From Eledone cirrhosa (taxonomy: Eukaryota), in the NCBI GenBank assembly GCA_964016885.1, contig OZ024743.1, positions 186,868,001-186,932,000 of the forward strand: a DNA stretch of 64,000 nt, read 5' to 3'. The first letter of the stretch is position 1; each line of letters opens with the position of its first letter. Shown here piece by piece: positions 1 through 13,799 of the stretch. The notes beneath the pieces were generated by a model. It did no database searches, was not told the DNA's origin, and saw only the letters and a program-made list of their open reading frames with translations. The position numbers and the translations under genes were made by a program.

Positions 1-600
1 AACCAAGGATATGTAGACTCCTCCAACTTTCTATAATTCAACTGGAATCCTATCTAACCCTGGTGCTTTACCTTAGTTTACCTGTGCAGTTGCCTTTCTG
101 ATTTCTTCAATAGTCAGTAGATTGTTCATTGATAATATTTATCATGCTGAAGCAGACTCACTTATTACATTAAAGTTGACAATAGAAGGATTCTAAAAAG
201 GGTAAGAAAAATGCTCTTTCCATCTCTTTATAATGTTGTCAAAGTCTTTATAGAGAATAACACCATCCTTCGATTGCACAGGGACATTGTAAAATGACTG
301 AGAACCAAATGATTGCAGTAATAAGGTATAACACGTTTTACTATCCTTACTATTAAAGGAGGCTTGCACCTCTTGAGATACCTCTGATCACTAATCTTTT
401 TTCATCCTTCTCGGTTCACGTTAAAATGGGGTTTTGTATTCTTTATATATCTTCCCAGTTGCAGGTCGGGTTGAGGGATTCTCACACAGGATCTTTTTAT
501 AGAGAGTCTGTTTTCTTTTCCATAACTGCCTGATAATAGGATCGCTATTATCAAACCAATCTTTATGTTTTTTCACACTATAACCAAGTACATGTATTTG
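1..600 (-). mobile_element. Degraded RTE-BovB-like LINE ORF2 fragment (region between endonuclease and RT)
   Basis: ORF 421..702 contains VLGYSVKKHKDWFDNSDPIIRQL, resembling the BovB LG..KKHQDWFDEN motif; stops and frameshifts elsewhere. Confidence 0.6.
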
Positions 601-614
601 GTTATAGAATGAAA

Positions 615-647
<33 letters not shown>

Positions 648-1369
648 AATAATTACATATATATATATATACACATGCACATCTATATTTATATATATAC
701 ATATATATGTATATTCACATATATATATCTATATATCATATAGGTATGTATACATATGATTAGTGTAATTGCATGTATTAATGAATGTGTGTGTTTATGT
801 ATAAATGTATGCTAATAAATCTATCTAAGGCGATAGATCATTGCTTGTAGCCTACAGGTAAATATAAGGGAAATAGGTAAGATTGATGAGTTTGATAACA
901 AAAAATATTAGAAGTTACAGCTTTGTGTGAAGAGAAGCGAATGGTGTTGCAAAGAGAAATAGGAATGAAAACTATGGGTATAATATCTTAAAGTGATACA
1001 CTCAGTAAAGGTAATAAAAAAGTAGAAAATCAAGTGCAGTTTCATTTGATGACAGAACACATTTGTCATGGCCTGCGGACTGAACAGCTCATTGTAATAA
1101 CAGTAAAAGAAGCATCATACAAAGCTGTAGAAAGCAAAAACAGAAAATAAAACAATGTGTATCAGTGAGAAAGTCAGTATCAATCTAGTAGAATGATTTT
1201 CTAGATCTGATTCAATATAATAGTAATTGAAATATAATTTTATTATTATTTTCATTATTATCATCATCATCATCATCATCATCATTATTATTTTTGCTTT
1301 GTCCTACAGTGTAGATGGAAAATACACCGAAGTATTTAGTCATCTGCCAAGTCACAACATGGAACTCGG

Positions 1370-1890
1370 ACAGATAATACTTTCCTTAAAATTTGTGCAG
1401 TGCCTAGCAAGGCTGATTTTTATGTCACCAATCTTACATGGTATTTCCAGTCACTTTAAGAAGTCTTGAAGTTTCAATGGGATTGACCTTAATTCCATGA
1501 TCACAACTGGTATCATTTTCACATTACCCTCTCATATTCCAAATAGTCTTGCCAGCTCCACTATCAATTCAGAGTACTTGGTGAATTTTTCAACCTTTTA
1601 ACTTACAATATTTATGTGATTTGTTATGTCTACATCGATGATCTGACAATATTTGTCTTTCTTGTTCTATACAACAATGTTTGGTTGGCAATGACCAAAT
1701 ACTCTATCTGTCTGAAAATCATATTCCCAGAATACCGTTGCTTTCCCACCCTCCTGCATTACTTTACTAAGCATATATGTTCAAACCAATTCTTTATTAC
1801 TTTGTATTGGTATTTATGATATAAAAGCCAATGAAGGTACAAATAGATTTTATCATCGTGATGCTAGTATCCTTTTGCTAGAGAAACCTT
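1370..1890 (-). mobile_element. Degraded R4/Dong-like non-LTR element, restriction-like endonuclease region
   Basis: Minus strand gives broken motifs FQTDRV..IANQ..VV.EQERQIL and KVEKFTKYSELIVELARLF..IPVVI. Confidence 0.45.
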
Positions 1891-4029
1891 ACAAAAACAA
1901 AAAAAAAATTTCTTTTTACAGAGTTGATACGAGTTCCCACTTCAGGCTAAATGAAGCAGATAAGGAAATCTCTGAAGAGCATGCTAGAATATTGCAGATA
2001 AGTTATTTCTAGGGAAGAAACTGAATTCACAGCACTTATAGTTAATGTATCCCTAATCAATTCTATAATGCTGTAGCTGATTAAATGGATTTATAAATCA
2101 TATCAACCCGGGCCAATAACTTAGAAAGTTAAGTTGATTTTATCTCAGGTATAAATATTATCTTGGTAATAAACCCAATGAAGGTCTGAGAAAACATGAA
2201 CTACTGGCTACTTGGTTCAATATCATGCTGATACAATAGCATGTTATTCAATAAATGAAAACATAATACACATTTTTGTATTACAAAGTGACTTTGTTGC
2301 AGTTTTAGAAATGATAGAAAAATGTAAGTCCTCTCATTGAATAAAAGAATCAGAGATTGGTTGAAGAACTAACGAAGAAGGAATTGGGGAATATGAAACC
2401 AAATGCAAATGTAGAATTTAATTTTCCCTTAGATAAAAAAATGGAGTAGCATATTTCAGTGTGCAGAAGATCTGTTACATTTGTTGTACATATTTATGTA
2501 AGTACTTGTGTCAAGGTGAAAATCCTTTTATTTCATTATTCTGAGAAAACAAAAAGTACATCTGATGTTCGATATCATGCATAAATGACTATTTAATGTA
2601 ATAGCTACTATGAATAAATTAATGTGAAATCTCATGCAAATATAGCAAAACAGGAATATGAATTGACAGTTTAGTCAAATTGTTCTAATCATCTGTCACT
2701 AAATGTTCTTCTAATACTCTAGTAATTTCAAAGAAAACGTCACAAATAATAGGCCATGACAATTGATAATGGACTAAAAGCCATGGATTCCATCTGGACC
2801 ATGAGCTCTCCTGTTTGGTGCATTGGCCACTTATTCTTTCACATTGACTGTGTTTATGGCAATATCTCTTTCTATTTCCTGCAGCTTCTACTCAGTATGT
2901 ACCTTACTTTGAAAATATTCATTAGATGTGTCACCTGTTTTCCCATACTACTACCATGTCAGATAGAATGAGACTTACTTGTCAAATCTTTATACTGGTC
3001 AGTTATACTGAAACTTTATAAAGGAGATATTTTAAATGTAAAAGAAATCTATATACGTCTACCTCTATTAAACATTTCTATTTTACATCTTAATTATGAA
3101 ACTTTTTCAGCATTACTATGCATGTTTTTATGGAAATAATGTCCATAACTTAAATTTACTTTATAACTCTACTTAGAACAAGATAACATTATTCTAAATA
3201 CTATTTACACGACTATTTTAAAACTACATATTCATAATATTTTTTGCAAAGAAATAATGTTTATTTCCACTTTTTACTCTAAAGATATCTGAAGTATTGA
3301 TTATGTAAACTGTCTGTCTCAAAATTGCTCATATAGAGATAAAACCAAGGATGTTATGGAAATAATGATGACTACTGGTTGTAATAATGTGAGTGATAAG
3401 ATCTAAAGTACCTGCATATTTGATGGCAGTTACCCAAAATCTATCTTCTAAGTTTCAAAAAAAAGTAAAAAAAGACTAAATCAACAGCATTATCATTATA
3501 ATGATCCTAAAAGTTTTTTTCATTTATTTGTCATATTTTATGAGTTTAAATTCATCTTGTTTGTTTACATTGCATCTTAACATCTCTTCATTCCACTCTG
3601 TTTTCAATATCAACACTTTTTGGTAAGAAACAAACATTTTCGCAATTTAAAGTATGTGCTTAATTTTCATTATCAACATTAAAAAAAAAAATAATCATAG
3701 AAAAGAAGTAACAGAAGTAAATCTATAAAGAAAAACTATGATGAATCAGCAACATTTTATTTTTCTAACTTTAAAAGAAACAAAAATGATTTAGCTTCAG
3801 CTTCCTTACTTTCTTTTACAAAATCAACAATAGAACCAGCAAATGTTATGTATCATCTCCCTTTTCATTAACTTTGTTTTTAATGGAATGAAATACATTT
3901 TAAGAGATAAGGTAAGAAAATAAATCCAATTCTTATTACCAATAGAAAACAAGTCATCAAAACATCAAAGCATTTATTATTCTGAGAACATCATTGTTAT
4001 TAATGAACATCAATAACATAACCCATTTT

Positions 4030-4165
4030 TATGCCTATATATAAATATTACTAACAAATGCCTATATCTAAATATGCCTATATCTAAATATTACTAACAA
4101 ATGCCTATATTACTAACAAATGCCTATATCTAAATATGCCTATATCTAAATATTATTAACAAATC
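4030..4165. repeat. Minisatellite built from atgcctatatctaaat / attactaacaa units
   Basis: Directly visible tandem iterations. Confidence 0.8.
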
Positions 4166-4214
4166 TTATCTTGCTGAGGTAGATTTCTGAGAAAATATAT
4201 GATGCGATTGTGAT

Positions 4215-4600
4215 ATCATCATCATTGCCTATTTTCGATGCTTGCATTGGTTAGATGGGTTTCCACGTTATGAGGCCAGGTATGTCAGTCAGGTGACCAC
4301 GTCTTGTTCATATGATCTGAATTCAGCTTAGTGTTCTATGGCTGGATACTCTTCCTAATACAGTGTGTTGTGTACTGGGTGTTTTTTGTTGTGGCACCAG
4401 TACAACCACCTTATAGTGTGGACTGGGTGCTTTTTGTTTTGGCTCCAGTATGAAGACCTTACAGCATGGATTGGGTACCTTTTATTGTGGTACTAGTACA
4501 ACCACTTTACAGCATAGATTGGGTGCTTTTTATCATGGAACCAGCATAACAAACTTACAGTGTGTACTGGGTTCTTTTGTTCGTGGCATCAGCACTGTCA
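4215..4600 (-). mobile_element. Old RTE 3' UTR with ~42-bp tandem repeats and (GAT)n tail remnant
   Basis: About 5 copies of cagtgtgtactgggtgctttt..gtggcaccagtacaaccacctta; gcttgcattggttaga tail motif next to (cat)n. Confidence 0.6.
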
Positions 4601-7029
4601 AAACCTAATTCAAGATGTCCAATACCCAAGTGTTTATCTCCAAACAACATGTACCCCCCCCCCCCCAAAAAAAAAAGAATAAAACTAATTTAGAAAGCAC
4701 TGTTATAGATTTCATTATTGAGATTCTTCTTAATACAATTTTAAGTGAAAACTATATAACAGTGACCCATTTTTTATTCTAGGTAAGTTTTTTTCATTTC
4801 AATATGCATAACAAACAATGTGTGTTTATGAGTTTGGCTTAACATTTAGGGTGTTGATTTTCTCAGATTTGCTTTAAAATTATATTCAGATTCAATATTT
4901 CATATATATTTACCAAAATGAGAAGAATATTTCAAATATTCATTGCTTTATGAAATCAGATTGACTCAAACAGCAATTGAAATATTCTAGCTTTGTTTTG
5001 ACATAAAAAACGTTCTAAATTTCATGTTTGGATACTTTATTTTACAAGTCTGTGTCTAGGTTGATGGAAAACGTCAATCGCATTATTTATTGTAAAAATA
5101 ACATACATAAAATTACATTTAGATATCTTTGAAATATAAATATTATCATTAAAGTTTTAGAATTTCTTTTTTCATGTGGACATCTGCTATAGGAACTTTT
5201 CACTGTTAACATTCTACCCTTTTTCAGCAGGTAAATATTACTCCCCCTCACCCTAAAACATTGCACAAATGTAGCTCTCTTTCCTGATTACATCAATTCA
5301 TTCATTCTTAGCTACCTTTACATCTTTTAGTACATCTAGCATACAACTTTTTCCACTATGTACCTCCAACAAAGCACCTCCAGCTCAGACCTCAATCTTG
5401 TGATGTATGATAATTCTTACACTTGCTTTGTATAATAAATACCAATTACGACCATTTACTGATAGTAGAAACAACTACTCTCTGCATTTCTACTTTGTCA
5501 TATCCTAAAATCTATACTTTCCATACAAGCTCTGCCATGGTCAGTCTTATTACAGAAACTATCAACTAAATCGAGATAGACCCATGTATAGTTCATGAAC
5601 TTTATATCATGAATGTCCTTAACTACATTACATCTAGCAAATTTAAATCCCTGCTTCTCTGTCCATCTGCCAAAGATCCCACAAAACCTACTACATAGTA
5701 TTAAGTTTCTACAGATTATTTTTATACTAAACCAAGAGAGCATTGGTATTTTGTTCTGTGGTTCTTTGGTCATTGCTGTATTGAAGCTGAGATCCTTTAA
5801 TTGTTGTCCACTCTGCGTAATTTGAAACTCTCTGCAGCTCTTCAATAGATCCTGCAATAAAAACTAGGTTTCAACATCTAAATGTTCCTGAGGACAAGCA
5901 TTATCTTTCTTCCTATAACAATTTCTCCATTGCAAAAACTGATTCCCCCTTCCTCATCAACCATGTGTCGAAATATAAAATAACCCAGCATGATGCTTGT
6001 TTATAAAGAATTTATTACCAAGAGTATATGTAGTCCATTAAGTAAATGAAGTAAAAGCTATGGAGGAAATAAAATTGAGATAACTAATGATTATGTCAGT
6101 CAGAACAAATGCTATGATAAAGGTGTTAGATAGAAACAAGTATGTCTGGATATAATAGAATTTAGAAGGAAGTAACAATTAGAACTTGCTTTAAAATCAG
6201 AGACACTCACAGATATATTTGGGTAGACAGATAGATAATAGAAAGAGAAAGAAACAGAGTGAGAGAGAACAGAATAAAAGAGTTGGGGAAAGAAAGTATA
6301 ACCCTTCTCCTAAATATACTTACAACAAAAGAATATATAATATAATAGGAAGTTTGGTAAATGATTCAAGTAATTGGTGGCAGAGAGAAGTTAGAGTCCT
6401 TAGCTCGCTTGGATTACTGATTCTCTGCTGGAAATGATGTCAGATGAATTCAATTTCAAGTAGTTGAAGTATCAGCATATATAAGATGTAATTAATATGT
6501 AACTGAAAACATGCATATGTAAAAATTAATACACATACATATCATCATTGCCTTTATTGTTATTGCTGCAACCACTATCATAAGTGTGTTTATACCAGCA
6601 AATGTATTTATATGAACATCTGTGTGTGTGTTGATATTTAGAATACAAGACTATTTGTAGGCATACACTTTGTACAGAGCACTGCCTTTAGCCATTTTTC
6701 TATTACTCTTGTTGGCACATATGACCAGTGTGTAATTTAGTTTCCCATTTCCTATATATTCTAGTCTAACCAACTTGCTGAAAAAATATACTGAACAAAG
6801 GAGAACTAATAACATTAAATTATGTCGGTTGCATTCACCATATTGCCTTATAGGTCAGCACTGTCCAAAATTGCTCCAAAGAACTTGGAACAGTCTAGGC
6901 AACAGGAGTTCTCTTCGTTTGCTTCTCATGATATGAATATACCAAAAGGGAATTGGGGTTTTGATATTGCAAGGATAGTTTCAGTTGATTCCAATTTTTT
7001 TCCCGTTTGCCCTATTCAGAATTTAAGGC

Positions 7030-7200
7030 TCTATCTGTATGTAAGGGGAGGTAACCAAAGGAAAAAGGTCACAGCATAAACCAAGAAAGTGGTTTAAAGA
7101 TGTCATAAAAGACAATCTTAAAGCATTGAAGATTGATATGGAAAACTGGGACAGACTGGCTGAAGGCCATATATCATGGAGAAATATCCAGAAATAGAAT
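7030..7200 (+). mobile_element. RTE-BovB-like 3' coding remnant
   Basis: Translates KPRKWFKDVIKDNLKALKIDMENWDRLAEGHISWR, typical of the RTE C-terminus. Confidence 0.6.
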
Positions 7201-7280
7201 TGTAGTGGTATGCATCCTTGGCTGACATCCATGAATCATGATTATGTTTCAATTGAGTGCATTTGCCTTTTTATAGTTCA

Positions 7281-8157
7281 CTAGCAGTGGTACCCGGCGT
7301 TGCATGGGATAAGGTATTTTGGAATGCGGGCTGAACAACAGACCTAATCGTGGAAAAACTGCATGCCTGGACAATATGTAAAGAAAATAAACCGAATACT
7401 CTGATGGCTGGATTATCTTTAAGATTTTCTTCGATGAAGCAGGAAAAAATGCAGGTTTTCACCTAATGCGGGCCCTAGGGGATCAAGAAAATGAATTTTA
7501 TTTATGTGCATAATATGCCTTGAAATTTCAGGAAAATCGGCTAGACATAACTCCTCAAAAAAGCCCGAAAAAGCTGAAAAAAACGTTGGATTTTCTTTGC
7601 TCACGGTATGAAGAAGAGACTGACTAATACATAGTTACAATTTCAAGGAAATCAGTCTGACGTAACGCCTCAAAAAACCCCTAAAAACATGAAAAAACGC
7701 AGTTTTCTACTTAATGGGGGCCCTAGGGGATCAAAAAGTTGAATTTTTTAATGTACATAACACTCCCTGAAACATAAGTAATACACATGTAAAGTTTGAA
7801 AATAGTCGGTTGGGTACTTCTCGAGTTTTAGGGATTCAAACTCACAGACAGACATCCTCAGAGAAGTGACGTAATGCAGACAGTCAGAGATACAGACAGA
7901 TATTATAAGGGCACGACGTTATATGTATGTATCTATCTAAAAAGAGAAAGACTAAGAATTATAGAGAGAGATCGCTAAATCGCCTAATGCGGTCCCTAGG
8001 GCATTCAAAATTTGAAATTTCCTTTGCTCAGAACACTCCCTGAAACATAAGTATTACATGTGTAAATATTGAAAACAGTCGGTTGGGTGCTTCTCGAGTT
8101 TTAGGGATTCAAACTCACACACCCACAGACAGACATCCTAAGTTTTATATATATAGA
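7281..8157 (-). mobile_element. Non-autonomous Helitron with three internal repeat units
   Basis: Minus strand starts A|TCTATATATATAAAA..GTCTGTCTG and ends with hairpin cccatgcaacgccggg then CTAG|T; internal repeats near 7460, 7710 and 7980 (taatgcgggccctaggggatcaa). Confidence 0.8.
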
Positions 8158-8803
8158 TTATTACCAATGATTTAAAAAACATTTACATGAGATGTATGTG
8201 GTAGAAAATTTTACACAACTAAAGCATCACAATTTAATAGCATGTGTATCTACTGTATTTTATCAATATTCCGAGAAAAATCACTTTAATATTAAGCTAT
8301 ATTCTTGAAATTGCTAGATAGTGGTGATACAAAATTAAGCACAAAAATTGAAATTCTAGACTATTTCCTACACAGATTCTGATTTTTAAGATCAATAACA
8401 TTCATCTATAGCAGGTAGGCTTATTTGAAACTGAAGTAAATTATAGTTATGTAAGCTGCACATTGGAAAATGGTAATTTTGTGCTTCCCAATTTACTACA
8501 TGAGCTAGTTTAACTATAAAAAGAAAGAAATTTCCACATAGGTATGCAGGAAACCAAGCACTTTTTATGTAATGATTTATTAATTTAAATGCTGAACGTA
8601 GGGATGTTAGTTTTGTATAGATTTCCTTGTTCCAATGACATTTTATTACAGTTATTAAGAACTTTGATACAACTAATATAAAAAAAAAAAAAAAAAATTC
8701 GAAGAATCATCCTATTTAATAATATGGATAAGCATTTTCTAAACAGGTTTAATGCAGTTTAAAACATTCAAGGTTACAAATAAGTGAACAAGTGTGTATC
8801 TAT

Positions 8804-8859
<56 letters not shown>

Positions 8860-8860
8860 A

Positions 8861-10895
8861 TCAATTAAGGCCAAAAAGCAGGCTTGGAAAGTATGGCGGG
8901 ATGGGGGAAGTAGAGAAGACTATCAAGTGGCCAGGAGGGAAGCTAGGAGACAAGTCTACTTCGCAAGAAGGGAAGCTGAGGAAAGAAAGTTCAAGCATGT
9001 TCTACAACGCGATGACCAAAAACGTGAGGTGTTCAGGATTGCTAGGCAATGCGTCAAGGAAAACCGTGATATTGTCAGGGAGAAGTGTGTACTAAACAAC
9101 GATGGCACACTTGCCATCACCGACGCTGATAAGAAGGTAGCTTGGAAGTGTCACTATGAAAGGCTACTAAATGAGGAGAATAAATGGGAGAAAGACAGTC
9201 TCCCCCATATCGACCCAATAGAGGGACCAGCAGTGTTAGTCGAGGGGAGTATAATAAGTAAGGCAATCAAGGATATGAAGACGGGTAAGGCGGCTGGGCC
9301 TTCGGAAATAGTTGCTGAGATGCTGAAGGCATCTGGCACGGTGGGACACACCATGGTCACCCGCATAGTTAACCAAGTCGTACAGAATGGGGTTGTTCCG
9401 AAGGACTGGCATAGCAGCATCATCGTTAACTGTTATAAGGGTAAAGGAGACTCCCTAGATAGGAGTAACTATAGAGGCATTAAATTAATCGACCAGGTCA
9501 TGAAGGTCACGGAAAAAGTAATAGCACAACTAATCAGAGAGAGAATTTACCTAGATGAAATGCAGTTCGGGTTTGTGTCAGGCAAAAATACCACAGACGC
9601 TCTGTTCATTGTACGACAACTACAGGAGAAGTACCTAGCTAAAGGTAAACCCCTCTACTTAGCTTTTGTCGACTTGGAGAAAGCCTTCGACAGAGTCCCC
9701 CTCTCCATTATCTGGTGGGCTCTTAGAAAACTAGGCGTTGACGAATGGCTTGTGAGAGCTATACAAGCCATGTATAAAGAAACAGTCAGCAAGGTTAGAA
9801 TTAACAACGAATATAGTGAAGAGTTTAGCGTAAAAGTTGGCGTCCATCAGGGCTCTGTTCTCAGCCCCCTACTATTTATTATTGCCCTTCAGGCTATAAC
9901 AGAGGAGTTCAAGACCGGCTGCCCATGGGAACTCCTATACGCAGATGACCTGACACTCATAGCGGAATCAATGGCCGAGCTAGAGAAGAAATTCCAAACA
10001 TGGAAGCACGGCCTAGAATCAAAAGGCCTTAAAATTAACCTGGCTAAGACTAAAGTTCTAGTTTGTAGGAAAGAAAATAAGGCGCCGGTCCCTTCTGGGA
10101 AATGGTCGTGCTCGGTGTGTAGGAAAGGCGTAGGTAGAAACTCCATTTTATGTCCTAAATGCAAAGTATGGGTGCATAAAAGATGTAGTGGGATCACAGG
10201 TAAGCTAACTAAGAACATAGATTTTACATGTGGCCGGTGCTCTGGTGCAATAAGTAGCAGCAAGTGCCCACAAAATACTAGCTCTTTCAATTGCGCAGAT
10301 GGTTCTATAGAAATAGTGGACAGTTTCCGTTACCTGGGTGATAAAATCAGCAGTGGGGGGAGGGTGCTCTGAAAGTACAGTAGCTAGAGTCAGAACGGGT
10401 TGGAAAAAGTTCAGAGAGCTTATACCACTATTAGCTGCTAAAGGGTTCTCCCTAAAAATGAAAGGCAGGTTGTACGATGCCTGCATACGAACAGCAATGT
10501 TGCATGGCAGTGAGACCTGGGCATTGTGTGCAGAGGATATACGCAGACTAGAGAGGAACGAAGCTTGCATGCTCCACTGGATCTGTAACAGTAATATACG
10601 TGAACGGCAAAGCATAAACGAACTAAGGAAAAAATTAGAAATAAGAGGGATCAGATGTTGTTTACTCGAGAGAAGGCTACGTTGGTATGGACACGTGATG
10701 CGCATGAAAGTCGATAGCTGTATAACAAAGTGCAGGGCAATAAAGATAGACGGTAGCCACGGAATAGGCAGACCTAGAAAAACCTGGGACGAGCTGTTAA
10801 ACTCCGACCTCACACACTTACACCTCTCCAAGACAATGTCACTGGACCGAGACCTTTGGCGGTACTCAGTAACAGAGAAGACCCGCCTTACCTAA
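8861..10895 (+). pseudogene. RTE ORF2 reverse transcriptase with embedded PHD-type finger; +1 frameshift at G-run 10355-10360
   Basis: Motifs KGKGD..NYRGI, FVDLEKAFDRV, GVHQGSVLSPLLF, YADD (9938-9949), LRWYGHVMRM; six G here versus five in the in-frame copy at ~24495. Confidence 0.93.
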
Positions 10896-11281
10896 ATACA
10901 TAGTAAAACCTACTACAGCCAGTAGGCATCTAACAAAATACGCCCCCCCCCCCAACCCATCAACGCCACCCCGTTCTATGTAAAGTTGTGTTGGTGTCAC
11001 ACCATCCAGGCCGAAACAAATGAGATCGTGTAGGTGTCACGACAAAAAAACACACAGTTCACGCTGTAATGTGGGCGTGTAGGCAACACGGTAAAAACCT
11101 CCCAGCCCCACACTGTAAATGTGGTTGGTGTTAGGAAGGGCATCCAACTGTAGAAAACCCGCCAGACAGTCCTATGCGAGCAAGACAATCACTCTTGCCT
11201 CAAGTGGGACTACCCCCGTCCAAACCCATGCAAGCGTGGAACACGGACGTTAAACGGTGATGATGATGATGATGATGATGA

Positions 11282-11285
<4 letters not shown>
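8861..11285 (+). mobile_element. Young 5'-truncated RTE-clade LINE (copy 1) with 3' UTR and (GAT)n tail, inserted in (TA)n
   Basis: RT ORF, ~370-nt 3' UTR, GAT tail 11258-11285, TA repeats on both sides. Confidence 0.95.
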
Positions 11286-11333
<48 letters not shown>

Positions 11334-11419
11334 ATGTTTTGACTATCTGCAGCATTAACTTCAGAAAACTAGCCAGCCACTTAATGACATATAAGTTGCA
11401 GGCCCACTGACTTTTCCTT

Positions 11420-12200
11420 TTCCTGGTTAATTTTTGCTTCTGTTGTCCCCCTCATACTCCCTGAGAATTGTGCCAATCATCTTGATGTGCTTAGTGTCCA
11501 TTACTACTATGATGACGTTCACATATGTTGCTTTGGATCATCTACATCGTAATTTGTGAGGGATGCCTCAACTTCTCCAGTTCTGCCTTAGTGGCTTTAA
11601 CATCAGTACATAAAGAAGACACAAGAGGGATCAACCTTCATGGACTAAGTGCATTATACTGAATGATCTAATAACTGGCCATTCACTCTGACCACCAAGC
11701 AAATATTACTGCACATTACAGGGATTTAGTTGCTGAAAAATTAGGCTACATTGAAGACGGCCACCAAGTACTGATGGCTGAACCTTTCAAAAGCTTTCCA
11801 TTTCTCTAAGTTGATCAGGGTCTCATCTATATCAGATTCCCTACCTACTCTCTCTCTCTGATGTATTATGTGGTAGAAAGTTGTTGGAAATGGATCTGTT
11901 CAGGATTGAATATATATATGCACCTCCTCAATCAGACCATGGATAACAACTGGCATCTTTGCTAACACTTTGACCAAAAACCTGTGCTGTGTATTTAGCA
12001 GAATTATGAGTTGAAAATTTCAATGTAGTCTCCCTCGGTTGATTCCTTTCTCAGAACCACCCCTCCTTGGATTACAGAAATTGGGATCCCCTGTTCTGCT
12101 GCCAATTGTTGTAGACATCTGTCAAGAGATCACTGAACAAGCACAATATATAAGCACAAAACTCATAGGGCTGACCATCCAAACCAAGTAATTTACCCCT
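11420..12200 (-). mobile_element. Degraded L1/Tx1-like RT fragment
   Basis: Minus-strand remnants GLDGQPYEF, LINL..KAFERFSHQYLVAV. Confidence 0.5.
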
Positions 12201-12375
12201 TTACATAAGGGCACATATATGTGAAATAATGAGATGGTTAGAATATCTTTGATGATAGTTCTGATCAATCAGAGCTTTCCTGGAGCTAAACAACAATCAA
12301 CATATATGTTCTATAGAATCAAGAAAAGAATATATAAGCACCATACATGTATACCTGCACACACACACACACACA

Positions 12376-12412
<37 letters not shown>

Positions 12413-12959
12413 AACAAAATGGTTATTAAGATTCAACTTTATTTTGTTGAATCTTCATATAATGCACTATTTATGTATCAGTTCACCAGTACATAATAGA
12501 ACAACATCTTGTACTGGATGTGTGTCACATCTGCTTAAAACAACAAAGAATTGGAGTCATGCAATGGCCATTACAACCCAATCTTCATGAAAAAAATACT
12601 TTAGTATATTACATATATTTTTTCATAGCAGATGGAACATTCTAAAAGCACGAAACATTACTTAATGTATTGAGGAAGACATTTACATACTGTTACATTT
12701 CTAAATATTCTTATCTGATTTGTATTTCACAAACTCCCTTCTTTTAGTGTTTTTATCACTTGTTTTTATCACTTGTTTTTATCACAGTATTTAGAGTTAA
12801 GACAATAAAGAGCAACATGAAAAGAATTCATGATGAAGAACTGCATGATCATAATAGGAAACATATATGAGAAAATCATTAATGATTATGAATAATCATT
12901 AATGATTAATAATGATGAATAATAATTTTGCAATTTTTTTTTTTACTACTATTACTACT

Positions 12960-13480
12960 ACTACAATTTATTTACATTTAGTTTGTATGAGATGAAAGAA
13001 TGGTATTCAACTAATGTAATGGTACGCGATGGGGCCCACCCACAGCCCTGGCGGACAGAATGGAGAAGGCGTTTCCACAGAGGATGGCAAGGGAGACACG
13101 CTGGAAAAGCCACTCCAACTCGTGGGGCTCACACCTACAGCTGGCCAGCTCAGCGCCTATGGTGGTTAGTAAGGAGGTAGCCCTGGGGCCGAGGACACCA
13201 GAAGTTTCCACTGCCAGGGGAACGACCGCAAATCTGTCGGAGAGCGACCGGTATTTGAGGAGTTTGGACCCCTCAGCCCGACGTGCAGCAGAACCTGGGT
13301 CAGTCGCAGACTGCACCAGGTTGTGGCTGCAGAAAGTGTCGTGCAAGTGGCATCCCAGACGAGGGGTTTGCCACCACGGAACGGGAAGATGGTCATGCCA
13401 TCTGGCCTTTTGCCGTCCCCTTGATCCAGCCCCACCAGCTCGAGCTGGGAAGGGAAGCCTGCAGCGTCCAAGCCATGCTT
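12960..13480 (-). mobile_element. CRE-like non-LTR retrotransposon 3' end (restriction-like endonuclease), frameshifted
   Basis: GKRPDGMTIFPFRGGKPLVWDATC and VPLAVETSGVLG..LFQRVSLAILCGNA in two frames; GC-rich island followed by AATAAA and a short-repeat/A-rich tail. Confidence 0.8.
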
Positions 13481-13799
13481 AATTTTGCAATTAAGTTTTA
13501 CATATTGCACTAAACAGACTCTCTATGTTCTTGGACTAAGGAAGTATAACATAATTTATACAAAATACAATTAGTCTAAACTTTCCATTTTTTTCCTACA
13601 ATAATTTTCGAAGATGATTTTGATCTTTGTGTAAATTCTTTCAGTAAGGTATTATTTAAGCACTCCTTTAAAAAATAATGCAATTTTAAACCTATAACTA
13701 AATTTGTTCTCATAACATCTATGTTAACTCTTACAATTAGAGATCTCTCATTATGTAGATAATATAACTAACTAAATTTAATTTAATTGATCTAAAGTC

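Noticed and set aside
1965-2010. CTGAAGA gca..tgc motif
   Set aside because: GAAA absent and stem I weak
4360-4600. CRISPR-like periodic repeats
   Set aside because: No unique spacers; tandem units of an RTE 3' UTR in a eukaryote
10355-10360. Possible programmed frameshift
   Set aside because: Copy 5 is in frame with one fewer G, so this is a homopolymer indel or sequencing error
9154-10831. Antisense ORFs over the RT
   Set aside because: Shadow frames of the LINE ORF with no independent motif
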